From: Novosphingobium sp.
GTDB taxonomy: Bacteria > Pseudomonadota > Alphaproteobacteria > Sphingomonadales > Sphingomonadaceae
Direction of reading: 5' to 3'
DNA: 52,516 nucleotides
Assembly: GCA_046063295.1 (NCBI GenBank)
Contig: JBJTMA010000050.1
Span: 1-52,516 of the forward strand
This document shows, piece after piece, positions 1 through 9,686 of the stretch (the stretch's first letter is position 1; the number at the start of each line of letters is the position of its first letter). The notes beneath the pieces are model-generated. The model did no database searches, was not told where the DNA came from, and worked only from the letters and a program-made list of their open reading frames with translations. A program made the position numbers and the translations under genes.

Positions 1-726
1 GATGTCGAAGTCGGCAATGCCGGCGAAGCTGGGCTTCAGCGCGGCGAGGCCCTCGGCGGTCGTTTCGGGGCGCGGGAACTCCTCGCGGTCGAGCGCGACG
101 GTACCGTCCGGGTTCTTGACCGGCACCACCGACTTGTCGAAGCGGCCTTCCTTGATCGCGCGATCGGCGCGCTGCTGGCTGACCAGCGCCAGGTCGTCGA
201 GCGCCTTGCGGTCGATCCCTTCCATCGTTGCGATGGCATCACCGCATACGCCTTGATGGCTCTGCGGGTGCAACTCGTCGAGCGCTTCGTGACCCGAGCC
301 CATCAGCCGCGGAGCGATCCCGGCATTGGCCTGCTCGGCAGCATAGGCCGAGGTGTAGCTCATCATCTCGGTGCCGCCGGCGATCACGCAGTCTTCCATT
401 CCCGACATGACCGAAGCCGCAGCGAGGTTCACCGAGGTAATCCCGCCGCCGCAGAAGCGGTCAAGCGTAGTGCCGCTAGCGCTGATATCATAGCCTGCCG
501 ACAGCGCGGCCATGCGGCCAAGGTCGCCGCCCTGCTTGCCGTTCTGGCTGCTGGTCGACCAGATGATGTCATCGACGGTCTTGGTGTCGAGGTGGTTGCG
601 TTCCTTGATCGCGCCGAGAACGGTCGCGGCGAGGTGCTGCGGGTGGAGGTGCGAAAGCGCGCCCTTGCCCGGCTTGCCCACCCCGCGCGGGGTGCGGACG
701 GCGTCGATGATGTATTCTTCGGCCAT
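1..726 (-). CDS. Acetyl-CoA C-acyltransferase (thiolase), 5' part; runs off the window edge
   Basis: Not in the ORF track because its stop is outside the window. Manual translation from CAT at 724-726 gives MAEEYIIDAVRTPRGVGKPGKGALS...TLDRFCGGG...IAGGTEMMS: thiolase N-terminus (IIDAVRTP), active-site Cys region and AGG.E.MS motif. GGAG RBS upstream. Confidence 0.92.
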   Translation of the reverse strand, partial: MAEEYIIDAVRTPRGVGKPGKGALSHLHPQHLAATVLGAIKERNHLDTKTVDDIIWSTSSQNGKQGGDLGRMAALSAGYDISASGTTLDRFCGGGITSVNLAAASVMSGMEDCVIAGGTEMMSYTSAYAAEQANAGIAPRLMGSGHEALDELHPQSHQGVCGDAIATMEGIDRKALDDLALVSQQRADRAIKEGRFDKSVVPVKNPDGTVALDREEFPRPETTAEGLAALKPSFAGIADFDI

Positions 727-747
727 TGGGGTTCTCCTTGGTTCGGT

Positions 748-1782
<1,035 letters not shown>

Positions 1783-1819
1783 TTTGGCAATCGCAATGAG
1801 GTCGGAGTATCGCCGGATT

Positions 1820-3082
1820 ATGACCGAAGCCCAGCAATCCCCCGTCCGTTACCACTCTGCCGCAATCATGCTGCACTGGCTGATTGCCGCGCTGCTGGTT
1901 TACCAGTTCGCCCTTGGCCTGAGGCTTGAAGATGCCACCGGGGCGACCAAGTTCAACGCGTTCCAGTTCCACAAGTCGATCGGCATTACCGTCCTGCTGC
2001 TCAGCCTGGTCCGCCTCGCGCTCCGGCTGTTCTTGCGGCGACCTGCCGAGGTTGGCGACGGAGTGCAGCGGCTCGGCGCGCGGCTGGTGCATTTCGGGTT
2101 CTATGCGGTGATGATCCTTACCCCCCTGACGGGCTGGATCATCGTTTCGACCGCCAAGGTGAAGCTGCCGACCCTGCTTTTCGGGGTCATCCCGTGGCCG
2201 CACCTCGCCTTTCCCGGCAGCGCTAACGAGCCGGCGGAGCTTGCACATACCGTCCTTGCCTGGTCGCTGCCGCTGCTGATCGCGCTCCACCTCGCGGGCG
2301 TGCTCTATCACCTGCGGCTGCGCGACGAGGTGCCGCAGCGGATGTTCTCCAGCGGGGTCGCCCCGGCTGCGGGATTGATCCGCGGCCTTGCGGCGCTTGC
2401 AGCCGTTGGCCTGCTTGGGATAGCCGGGCCGGTGCCGAGCCTGTGGGGCCACGCTGGCGCGACAGCAGCGCCAGTCCCCGCGCCGACGGACAGCGGCGAA
2501 GCGTCCGATGCAGGGGCGATAATCGCCGCGACCGAACCTGCTGCCGAAGCCAGCGAGCAGGCCGAGGCAACAACAGCTGCCACAAGCTGCGACTGGACCG
2601 TCGAGCCCGGCAGCCGCCTGGGTTTCAAGGCACAGTACGGAGGCGCGCCGATCGATGGCACCTTCCACAAGTGGCAGGCGAAGATCCGCTTCTGCGAAGA
2701 CGACCTGCCCCACGCGAGTATCGCCGCCACAGTCAACCTCGCCTCGGCCGACACCGCTGACGCAAGCCGCGATGAGAACCTGAAGGGCGAAAGCTTTTTC
2801 GACACCGGCCGGTTTGCCCAGGCACGGTTCAATGCCACCGGTTTCAAGCAGGTGAGCCCGGGACGCTTCACCGCCAGCGGCACGCTCAACCTGCACGGCG
2901 TCAGCAAGCCGGTGCGGCTGGCCTTCGCGCTCAAGGTTGCCGGCGATGCCGCCTCCGCCCAAGGCTCGACCAGCCTCAGCCGACTGGCCTTCGGCGTGGG
3001 CAGTGGCGAGTGGGCGGCGACCGACCAGATTCCCGATGCCGTTGCGGTGCAATTCACGATCCGCGCGCGCCGCGCTAACTGA
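1820..3082 (+). CDS. Cytochrome b561 (YceJ-like) - YceI lipid/isoprenoid-binding fusion protein
   Basis: N-terminal TM helices with heme-ligand His (LHW, FHKSIG, LVHFGFY, AHTVL), an Ala/Pro/Glu linker, then a YceI domain (WTVEPGSRLGF...RDENLKGESFFD...GTLNLHGVSKPV). ATG at 1820 follows GGAG. Confidence 0.88.
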   Translation: MTEAQQSPVRYHSAAIMLHWLIAALLVYQFALGLRLEDATGATKFNAFQFHKSIGITVLLLSLVRLALRLFLRRPAEVGDGVQRLGARLVHFGFYAVMILTPLTGWIIVSTAKVKLPTLLFGVIPWPHLAFPGSANEPAELAHTVLAWSLPLLIALHLAGVLYHLRLRDEVPQRMFSSGVAPAAGLIRGLAALAAVGLLGIAGPVPSLWGHAGATAAPVPAPTDSGEASDAGAIIAATEPAAEASEQAEATTAATSCDWTVEPGSRLGFKAQYGGAPIDGTFHKWQAKIRFCEDDLPHASIAATVNLASADTADASRDENLKGESFFDTGRFAQARFNATGFKQVSPGRFTASGTLNLHGVSKPVRLAFALKVAGDAASAQGSTSLSRLAFGVGSGEWAATDQIPDAVAVQFTIRARRAN

Positions 3083-3089
3083 GCGCGCC

Positions 3090-4040
3090 ATGTCCGATCC
3101 GATTCGCCCCATCACGGTGGCCGCGCTGTACAGGTTCGCGCGGTTCCCCGATCCTGCCGAGCTGCGCGGCCCAATCCAGGCGCTGTGCAAGGCGCAAGGC
3201 ATCAAGGGCACATTGCTGCTAGCGCGCGAGGGGATCAATGGCACTGTCGCGGGCAGCGATGACGCTATCGCCGCGCTGGTCTGCCATCTGCGCACCCTGC
3301 CCAATTGCGACGGGCTTGAAGTCAAATATTCGCTAGCAGCCGAAATGCCGTTCCACCGGATGAAGGTGCGATTGAAGGCCGAGATCGTAACGATGGGCGA
3401 ACCCGACATCGACCCGCTCGCCAGCGTTGGGCACTATGTCGATCCTGCGGAATGGAATGCACTGATCAGCCAGCCTGACGTGGTGCTGATCGATACCCGC
3501 AACGATTATGAGGTTGCGATCGGCACCTTCCGGGGCGCCACCGACCCGCACACCGCCTCGTTCCGCGATTTCCCTACCTGGTTCCGGCAGCAGCGCGACG
3601 CCCTGCTCGGCCAGGGCCGCCAGCCCAGGGTGGCGATGTTCTGCACCGGCGGGATCCGCTGCGAGAAATCGACCGCCTTCCTCAAGAGCGAAGGGGTGGA
3701 CCAGGTGTTCCACCTGAAGGGCGGGATCCTCAAGTACCTTGAGCATGTGCCGGCCGAAAACAGCCTGTGGCAAGGCGAATGCTTCGTGTTCGATGAGCGG
3801 GTCAGCGTCGGTCACGGTCTGGCGCAGGGGAGCTATGAACTGTGCCGCGCCTGCCGCCGGCCGGTAGGTGCAGAGGATCGCGCATCCCCGCTCTACGAGG
3901 AAGGGGCCAGCTGCCCCGCGTGCCATCATGAACGCAGCGAAGCACAGCGCGAAGGATATCGCGAGCGGCACCGGCAGGAGTTGCTGGCGCAGGCGCGCGG
4001 AACCGCTCACGTCGGCGCAGAGCTGGACGAACCGGCCTGA
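3090..4040 (+). CDS. trhO: Rhodanese-related protein, tRNA U34 hydroxylase TrhO (YceA) family
   Basis: GTLLLAREGINGT, IDTRNDYE, MFCTGGIRCEK, LKGGILKY and CFVFDERV motifs; start at ATG 3090. Confidence 0.88.
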   Translation: MSDPIRPITVAALYRFARFPDPAELRGPIQALCKAQGIKGTLLLAREGINGTVAGSDDAIAALVCHLRTLPNCDGLEVKYSLAAEMPFHRMKVRLKAEIVTMGEPDIDPLASVGHYVDPAEWNALISQPDVVLIDTRNDYEVAIGTFRGATDPHTASFRDFPTWFRQQRDALLGQGRQPRVAMFCTGGIRCEKSTAFLKSEGVDQVFHLKGGILKYLEHVPAENSLWQGECFVFDERVSVGHGLAQGSYELCRACRRPVGAEDRASPLYEEGASCPACHHERSEAQREGYRERHRQELLAQARGTAHVGAELDEPA

Positions 4041-4190
4041 ACGCACGCCGTTCGCCACCGATTTCCCTTGGAGATTTGCGCGCAGCGGCTAGCTTTGCTT
4101 TAGTTTCGGGTAGGCATCCTAGCGCGCCACGCCGCAATTGCGCGGTTACAGCGCGAATATGCATCGGGCCGCACGGGAGAAACGTTGACG

Positions 4191-5042
4191 ATGTCGTTGG
4201 GCCACCTGGACCTCCTTCACGCTGCAGCCGGTTTGCTCGTGGGCATGCTGGTGGGGCTGACCGGCGTAGGCGGCGGCTCGCTGATGACACCGCTGCTGGT
4301 GCTGCTGTTCGGGGTCAGCCCGCAGACGGCGGTCGGCACCGACCTGCTCTATGCCGCGATTACCAAGATCACCGGATCGGCGGTGCATGGCTGGCGCGAA
4401 ACGGTTGACTGGAAGATCGTGCGCCGCCTCGCCCTGGGCAGCGTTCCAGCCTCGCTGCTTACCCTCGCGGTCCTGTCATGGGTTGGCAAGGTTGGCGCCT
4501 CGGCCGAACATGTGATCCTCTTGACGCTTGCGGGACTGCTGATGATCACCTCGCTCGCGGTGTTTTTCCGCAAGCGCCTGGTCAACTATGCGCACGATCT
4601 CGATCCGCTCGATCCGCAGATGAAGGTCGTTGTCGGCACGACGGTGCTGGGCGCGGTGATCGGGATCGCGGTTACGATATCCTCCGTCGGTGCCGGGGCG
4701 ATCGGCGTGACCGTGCTGCTGATGCTCTACCCCCGCATGCAAATGGTGCGGATCGTCGGATCCGACATCGCGCATGCCGTGCCGCTGCTGCTCGTCGCGG
4801 GCGCAGGCCACTGGTTCATCGGCGACGTTGACGGGCAACTGCTGGTGAACCTGCTGATCGGGTCCATACCAGGTGTGATCATCGGCAGCCTCCTTTCGAC
4901 CCGGGCTTCGGACAAGTTGCTCCAGCCGCTGCTCGCCGCCGTATTGGCGATTTCGTCATGGCAGCTGGCGGTGAAGGCGTTCCTGCCCGAAAAGACCAAG
5001 GCGGTGCCCGCCAATCCGGATGTGCCTGCCGCCAAGGCTTGA
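4191..5042 (+). CDS. TauE/SafE (TSUP) family sulfite exporter / permease
   Basis: GLTGVGGGSLMTP, AVGTDL and VGSDIAHAVPL motifs; multiple TM helices. Confidence 0.88.
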   Translation: MSLGHLDLLHAAAGLLVGMLVGLTGVGGGSLMTPLLVLLFGVSPQTAVGTDLLYAAITKITGSAVHGWRETVDWKIVRRLALGSVPASLLTLAVLSWVGKVGASAEHVILLTLAGLLMITSLAVFFRKRLVNYAHDLDPLDPQMKVVVGTTVLGAVIGIAVTISSVGAGAIGVTVLLMLYPRMQMVRIVGSDIAHAVPLLLVAGAGHWFIGDVDGQLLVNLLIGSIPGVIIGSLLSTRASDKLLQPLLAAVLAISSWQLAVKAFLPEKTKAVPANPDVPAAKA

Positions 5043-5210
5043 CGGCAACAGCCTGTACTTGATCGGTTTTTCTCGCCAAGGCTGACCCGCCCGCGTACAA
5101 GCACGTTGCAGACCACGCATAGGCGAGGCGCCAATGGCAACGTCCGGTGCAATCTTTGCAACAGCCCTTCCCTGCCCATCGTATTATGGGCGCGGCATGG
5201 ACCTGCGGCC

Positions 5211-6608
5211 ATGACAGCGCTCATTCTTGCCCGTGCGCAATTTGCCTTCACGGTGAGTTTCCATTTCCTGTTTCCGGCTTTTTCGATCGGGCTGGCCAGC
5301 TTCCTGATGGTGCTTGAGGCGCTGTGGCTGCGTACCGGCGACGGCGTATACGCCAATCTCTATCGCTACTGGCTGCGGATCTTCGCCGTGGTCTTCGCGA
5401 TGGGGGTCGTATCGGGCATCGTCATGTCGTACCAGTTCGGCACCAACTGGGCGGTTTTCTCCGACAAGGCCGGACCGGTGATCGGCCCACTTATGGCCTA
5501 CGAAGTGCTGACCGCCTTCTTCCTTGAGGCGGGCTTCCTTGGGGTGATGCTGTTCGGGATCAATAAGGTTGGCCCGCGCCTCCATTTCGCGGCGACGCTG
5601 GCGGTGGCCATCGGAACCTTCATTTCCGCTTTCTGGATCCTGGCGGTCAACAGCTGGATGCAGACCCCGGCCGGGTACGAGATTGCCGCAAACGGCCAGT
5701 TCGTTCCGGGGCCGAGCTGGCTCGCGATCATCTTCAATCCCAGCTTCCCCTACCGCCTGGTGCACACCGTACTGGCGGCCTACCTGACCACTGCTTTTGC
5801 AGTCGGCGCGGTGGGTGCCTGGCACCTGCTCAAGGACCGGACCAACCCCGGGGCGCGCCGGATGTTTTCTATGGCGATGTGGATGGCCGCGCTGGTTGCG
5901 CCGATCCAGATATTCGCCGGCGACCAACACGGTCTCAACACGCTTGTACACCAGCCGGCCAAGGTCATGGCGATGGAGGGCCACTTCCAGAGCCACCCCG
6001 ATGGGGCGCCGCTGATCCTGTTCGGCATTCCCGACAGCGAAGCGGGCCGGGTGGACTATGCGGTAGAGATTCCAAAGGCTTCCTCGCTCATCCTGAAGCA
6101 CGATGCCAATGCGCCGCTCGCCGGGCTGGACACCATCCCGCTGGAAAACCGCCCGCCGGTGGGGATCGTGTTCTGGGCATTCCGCATAATGGTCGGACTG
6201 GGCATGGGCATGTTCGCCCTGGGGCTATGGAGCCTTCTGGCACGCTGGCGCGGCAAACTTTACGATTGGACCTGGCTGCACCGCGCGGCCCTGGTCATGG
6301 GGCCATCAGGCTTCGTCGCCGTCCTTGCCGGATGGGTGGTCACCGAAGTCGGCCGCCAGCCCTTCACAGTCTATGGCCTGCTTCGCACGGCGCAAAGCGC
6401 ATCGCCGCTTGACGCGCCCGCCGTCGCCGCATCGCTTGCCGCCTTCGCGGTGGTCTATTTCACCGTGTTCGGCGCGGGCATCTGGTACCTGCTGCGACTG
6501 ATGCACAAGCCGCCTAGCCCGCATGAGAGCCTGGCCGAGCGCGCTCCGATCCGCAGCGCGGGCATCACCCCCGCGATCCAGGTCGCCGAAAAAGGTGAAG
6601 CGCAATGA
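5211..6608 (+). CDS. cydA: Cytochrome bd ubiquinol oxidase subunit I (short Q-loop, CioA-like)
   Basis: LARAQFAFTVSFHFLF, YQFGTNW, FFLEAGFLG, NSWMQTP, QPAKVMAMEG, FRIMVG and TEVGRQP motifs. Confidence 0.96.
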   Translation: MTALILARAQFAFTVSFHFLFPAFSIGLASFLMVLEALWLRTGDGVYANLYRYWLRIFAVVFAMGVVSGIVMSYQFGTNWAVFSDKAGPVIGPLMAYEVLTAFFLEAGFLGVMLFGINKVGPRLHFAATLAVAIGTFISAFWILAVNSWMQTPAGYEIAANGQFVPGPSWLAIIFNPSFPYRLVHTVLAAYLTTAFAVGAVGAWHLLKDRTNPGARRMFSMAMWMAALVAPIQIFAGDQHGLNTLVHQPAKVMAMEGHFQSHPDGAPLILFGIPDSEAGRVDYAVEIPKASSLILKHDANAPLAGLDTIPLENRPPVGIVFWAFRIMVGLGMGMFALGLWSLLARWRGKLYDWTWLHRAALVMGPSGFVAVLAGWVVTEVGRQPFTVYGLLRTAQSASPLDAPAVAASLAAFAVVYFTVFGAGIWYLLRLMHKPPSPHESLAERAPIRSAGITPAIQVAEKGEAQ

Positions 6609-7603
6609 TCGACCTGACCGTCGTCTGGGCCGGGATAATCGCCTTTGCGATCATAGCTTATGTGGTGATGGACGGGTTCGATCTGGGTATCGGCATCCTG
6701 TTCCCGCTGTTCAAGGTCGGGCGCGATCGCGACACCGCGATGAACAGCGTGGCACCCGTGTGGGACGGGAACGAGACCTGGCTGGTGCTGGGCGGCGGCG
6801 GGCTGCTCGCCGCGTTCCCGCTGGCCTATGCCATCATCCTACCCGCGCTCTATGCGCCGCTGATCGCCATGCTGCTGGGCCTTGTGCTGCGCGGGGTCGC
6901 GTTCGAGTTCCGCTGGCGCGACGCCGCGCACCGGCGGTATTGGGACACGGCCTTCACCTGCGGATCGGTGATCGCGTCCTTGGCCCAGGGCATTACGCTT
7001 GGTGCCATGCTCCAGGGGATTACCGTAACCGGGCGCAGCTACGGCGGCGGATGGTGGGAGTGGCTTTCGCCTTTCTCGCTCCTCACCGGCTGCGGGCTCG
7101 TGGCGGGCTATGCGCTGCTGGGCGCCTGCTGGCTCAACTGGAGGACCGAAGGTTCGCTGCAGCTTCAGGCTGCTGGCTACGCGAGGCGACTGGCCGCGGT
7201 GCTGCTGGCGATCATCGTGCTGGTCAGCCTCGCCACACTGACACTTGAAACCAAGTACTCCGAACGCTGGCTCGCCTGGCCGGGAATCCTCGCCACTGCG
7301 CAGGTGCCGCTGGCAACGCTGATCTGCACCGTAATGTTTTATCGCAGCCTGGCCCGCAAAAGCGATCTGCAGCCATTCCTGTGGGCGCTTAGCCTATTCG
7401 GCCTGTGCCTCGTCGGGCTTGGCATTTCGATCTGGCCCGACGTGATCCCGGCGCGACTGACCATCTGGCAGGCCGCCGCGCCGCATCGCAGCCAGGCGTT
7501 CATGCTGGTCGGCACCGTGGTCCTGGTTCCGCTCATCCTGGCATACACCGGCTGGGCCTATTGGGTATTCCGCGGCAAGACCGGCAGCGACGGGTACCAC
7601 TGA
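6605..7603 (+). CDS. cydB: Cytochrome bd ubiquinol oxidase subunit II
   Basis: YVVMDGFDLGIG, PVWDGNETWLV and RGVAFEFR motifs, C-terminal YWVFRGK...GYH; ATGA overlap with cydA. Confidence 0.96.
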   Translation: MIDLTVVWAGIIAFAIIAYVVMDGFDLGIGILFPLFKVGRDRDTAMNSVAPVWDGNETWLVLGGGGLLAAFPLAYAIILPALYAPLIAMLLGLVLRGVAFEFRWRDAAHRRYWDTAFTCGSVIASLAQGITLGAMLQGITVTGRSYGGGWWEWLSPFSLLTGCGLVAGYALLGACWLNWRTEGSLQLQAAGYARRLAAVLLAIIVLVSLATLTLETKYSERWLAWPGILATAQVPLATLICTVMFYRSLARKSDLQPFLWALSLFGLCLVGLGISIWPDVIPARLTIWQAAAPHRSQAFMLVGTVVLVPLILAYTGWAYWVFRGKTGSDGYH

Positions 7604-7707
7604 TGCAAGCAGCAAAGCGCATCGGCTGGTTCTTCGCCATCTGGGCCGCAAGCGTCCTTGCCGTGGGGGTGCTGGCGCAACTGATCCGGCTGGTCCTGAA
7701 AAGCTGA
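7603..7707 (+). CDS. Small single-TM cytochrome bd accessory protein (DUF2474-like), 34 aa
   Basis: TGATG coupling with cydB; MQAAKRIGWFFAIWAASVLAVGVLAQLIRLVLKS fits the W..IW..SV pattern of small proteins found after CIO-type cydAB. Confidence 0.75.
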   Translation: MQAAKRIGWFFAIWAASVLAVGVLAQLIRLVLKS

Positions 7708-7785
7708 TCGCCGGAAGCTCGGCCCAAGCTGGCTCCGCGCAATCGATGATTGTCTTCGCTCTGGCGATAAGACAACAAAGCGAAC

Positions 7786-9684
7786 ATGAAGCTGGGCGTC
7801 TGCTATTACCCGGAACACTGGCCCGAGGCGATCTGGGCCGAAGACGCGCGGCGCATGGCGGAGATCGGGATCTCGCACGTGCGGATCGGCGAATTCGCCT
7901 GGAGCCGGATTGAGCCCGATCCGGGCCGGTTCGCTTGGGATTGGCTCGATCGGGCGATCGATACCCTGGCCGAAGCGGGATTGAAGATCGTGATGGGCAC
8001 GCCCACCGCCACTCCGCCCAAATGGCTGGTCGATCGCATGCCGGATATGATCGCGGTCGATGCGCAGGGCCAGCCGCGCCGGTTCGGATCGCGCCGGCAC
8101 TATTGTTTCAGCCACCCGGGCTATGCCGGGGAATGCCGGCGCATCGTAACCGCCCTGGCCGAACGTTACGGCAGCCATCCTGCGCTGGCCGCATGGCAGA
8201 CCGACAACGAATACGGCTGCCACGATACCGCGATCAGTTATTCGGAGGCTGCAGCCGCCGCATTCCGCGAATGGCTGCGCGGCAAATACGGCTCCCCGGA
8301 GCAGCTCAACCAGGCTTGGGGCAACGTATTCTGGTCGATGGAATACCGCTCGTTCGGCGAAGTGGACCTGCCCAACCTGACCGTCACCGTGCCCAACCCC
8401 GCGCATGAGCTGGACTTCCGCCGCTTCTCCTCGGACCAGGTGGTCCGGTTCAACCGCTTGCAGGCGGAAATCATCCGCGCCCATTCACCGGGCCGCGACG
8501 TGGTCCACAATTTCATGGGGTTCTTCACCCAGTTCGATCACCACGCGGTGGGCGCCGATCTGGATGTGGCAAGCTGGGACAGCTATCCGCTGGGTTTCCT
8601 CGAGCAATTCTGGTTCTCGCCAGAGGAAAAGCAACGCTACGCCCGGCAGGGCCATCCGGACATCGCCGCGTTCCACCACGATCTCTATCGCGGCTGCCAG
8701 AAGGACGGCCGCTGGTGGGTGATGGAGCAGCAGCCCGGGCCGGTGAACTGGGCGCGCTACAATCCGGCGCCGCTTGACGGCATGGTGCGGCTTTGGACGC
8801 TCGAAGCCATGGCGCATGGGGCCGAAGTGGTCAGCTATTTCCGTTGGCGCCAGGCGCCCTTCGCACAGGAACAGATGCATGCCGGGCTGCTCCGGCCTGA
8901 CAGCAGCGAGGCCGAAGGCGCAAAGGAAGCGCGCCGCGCCGCGCGCGATATCGCGGCTTTGCCCGATCCCGGACCGGCACCGCGCAAGGTGGCGCTGGTG
9001 TTCGACTACGCCAGCGCCTGGGTGACTGATATCATGCCGCAGGGCCGCGGTTTTTCGGCGCTGCGGATTGCCTTTGAATATTATTCGGCGCTGCGCCGCC
9101 GGGGCCTGGACATCGATATTGTCGCGCCCGGTAGCAATCTTGGCGGATACAGGCTGGTCGTGGTGCCGTGCCAGCCGATCATAGAGCAGGCGTTTGTCGA
9201 CGCGCTGAAGGCTTGCACCGCGCAGGTGATCATCGGCGCCGCGAGCGGTTCGAAGACCGCGGATTTCGCGATTCCTCCTGCGCTGCCGCCGGGACCGCTT
9301 GCGCCGGTGATACCGCTGCAGGTGACCCGGATCGAAACCCTGCGCGGCGATCCGTGCCAGTGGCTCGAACAGGTCGACGGCAATCTGCAGGCCAGCGTGC
9401 CGAATTTCCACGCACACGGCAGGTTCCACTATATCGCGCAGTATCCGGCGGACGCGATCCTCGATGCTGTGCTGCCGGACATGGCAGCGGCTGCGGGCCT
9501 TGTTCTGATCGAGCTTCCCGAAGGTTTGCGCGTTCGCCGCAGCGCCAATCTCGTCTTCGTCTTCAACTATGCCGCGAACGAGCAGCTTCTCCCCGATGGC
9601 CTGATCGGCGAACTGCTGGTTGGGGAGACCGTGCTGGCCCCAGCAGGTGTCGCGATCGGCACAGCGCCCGGTCGAAACGGGTGA
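7786..9684 (+). CDS. GH42 beta-galactosidase
   Basis: GVCYYPEHW, RIGEFAWS, TPTATPP, WQTDNEYG (acid/base), WVMEQQPG (nucleophile) and YFRWR motifs; no signal peptide. Confidence 0.93.
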   Translation: MKLGVCYYPEHWPEAIWAEDARRMAEIGISHVRIGEFAWSRIEPDPGRFAWDWLDRAIDTLAEAGLKIVMGTPTATPPKWLVDRMPDMIAVDAQGQPRRFGSRRHYCFSHPGYAGECRRIVTALAERYGSHPALAAWQTDNEYGCHDTAISYSEAAAAAFREWLRGKYGSPEQLNQAWGNVFWSMEYRSFGEVDLPNLTVTVPNPAHELDFRRFSSDQVVRFNRLQAEIIRAHSPGRDVVHNFMGFFTQFDHHAVGADLDVASWDSYPLGFLEQFWFSPEEKQRYARQGHPDIAAFHHDLYRGCQKDGRWWVMEQQPGPVNWARYNPAPLDGMVRLWTLEAMAHGAEVVSYFRWRQAPFAQEQMHAGLLRPDSSEAEGAKEARRAARDIAALPDPGPAPRKVALVFDYASAWVTDIMPQGRGFSALRIAFEYYSALRRRGLDIDIVAPGSNLGGYRLVVVPCQPIIEQAFVDALKACTAQVIIGAASGSKTADFAIPPALPPGPLAPVIPLQVTRIETLRGDPCQWLEQVDGNLQASVPNFHAHGRFHYIAQYPADAILDAVLPDMAAAAGLVLIELPEGLRVRRSANLVFVFNYAANEQLLPDGLIGELLVGETVLAPAGVAIGTAPGRNG

Positions 9685-9686
9685 GT

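Noticed and set aside
4141-4150. GCGGTTACA upstream of tauE, resembling operator A
   Set aside because: Half-site only, with no matching left arm and unrelated gene context.
5059-5072. TTGAT upstream of cydA as a possible FNR/FixK box
   Set aside because: The second half-site (ATCAA at N4 spacing) is absent.
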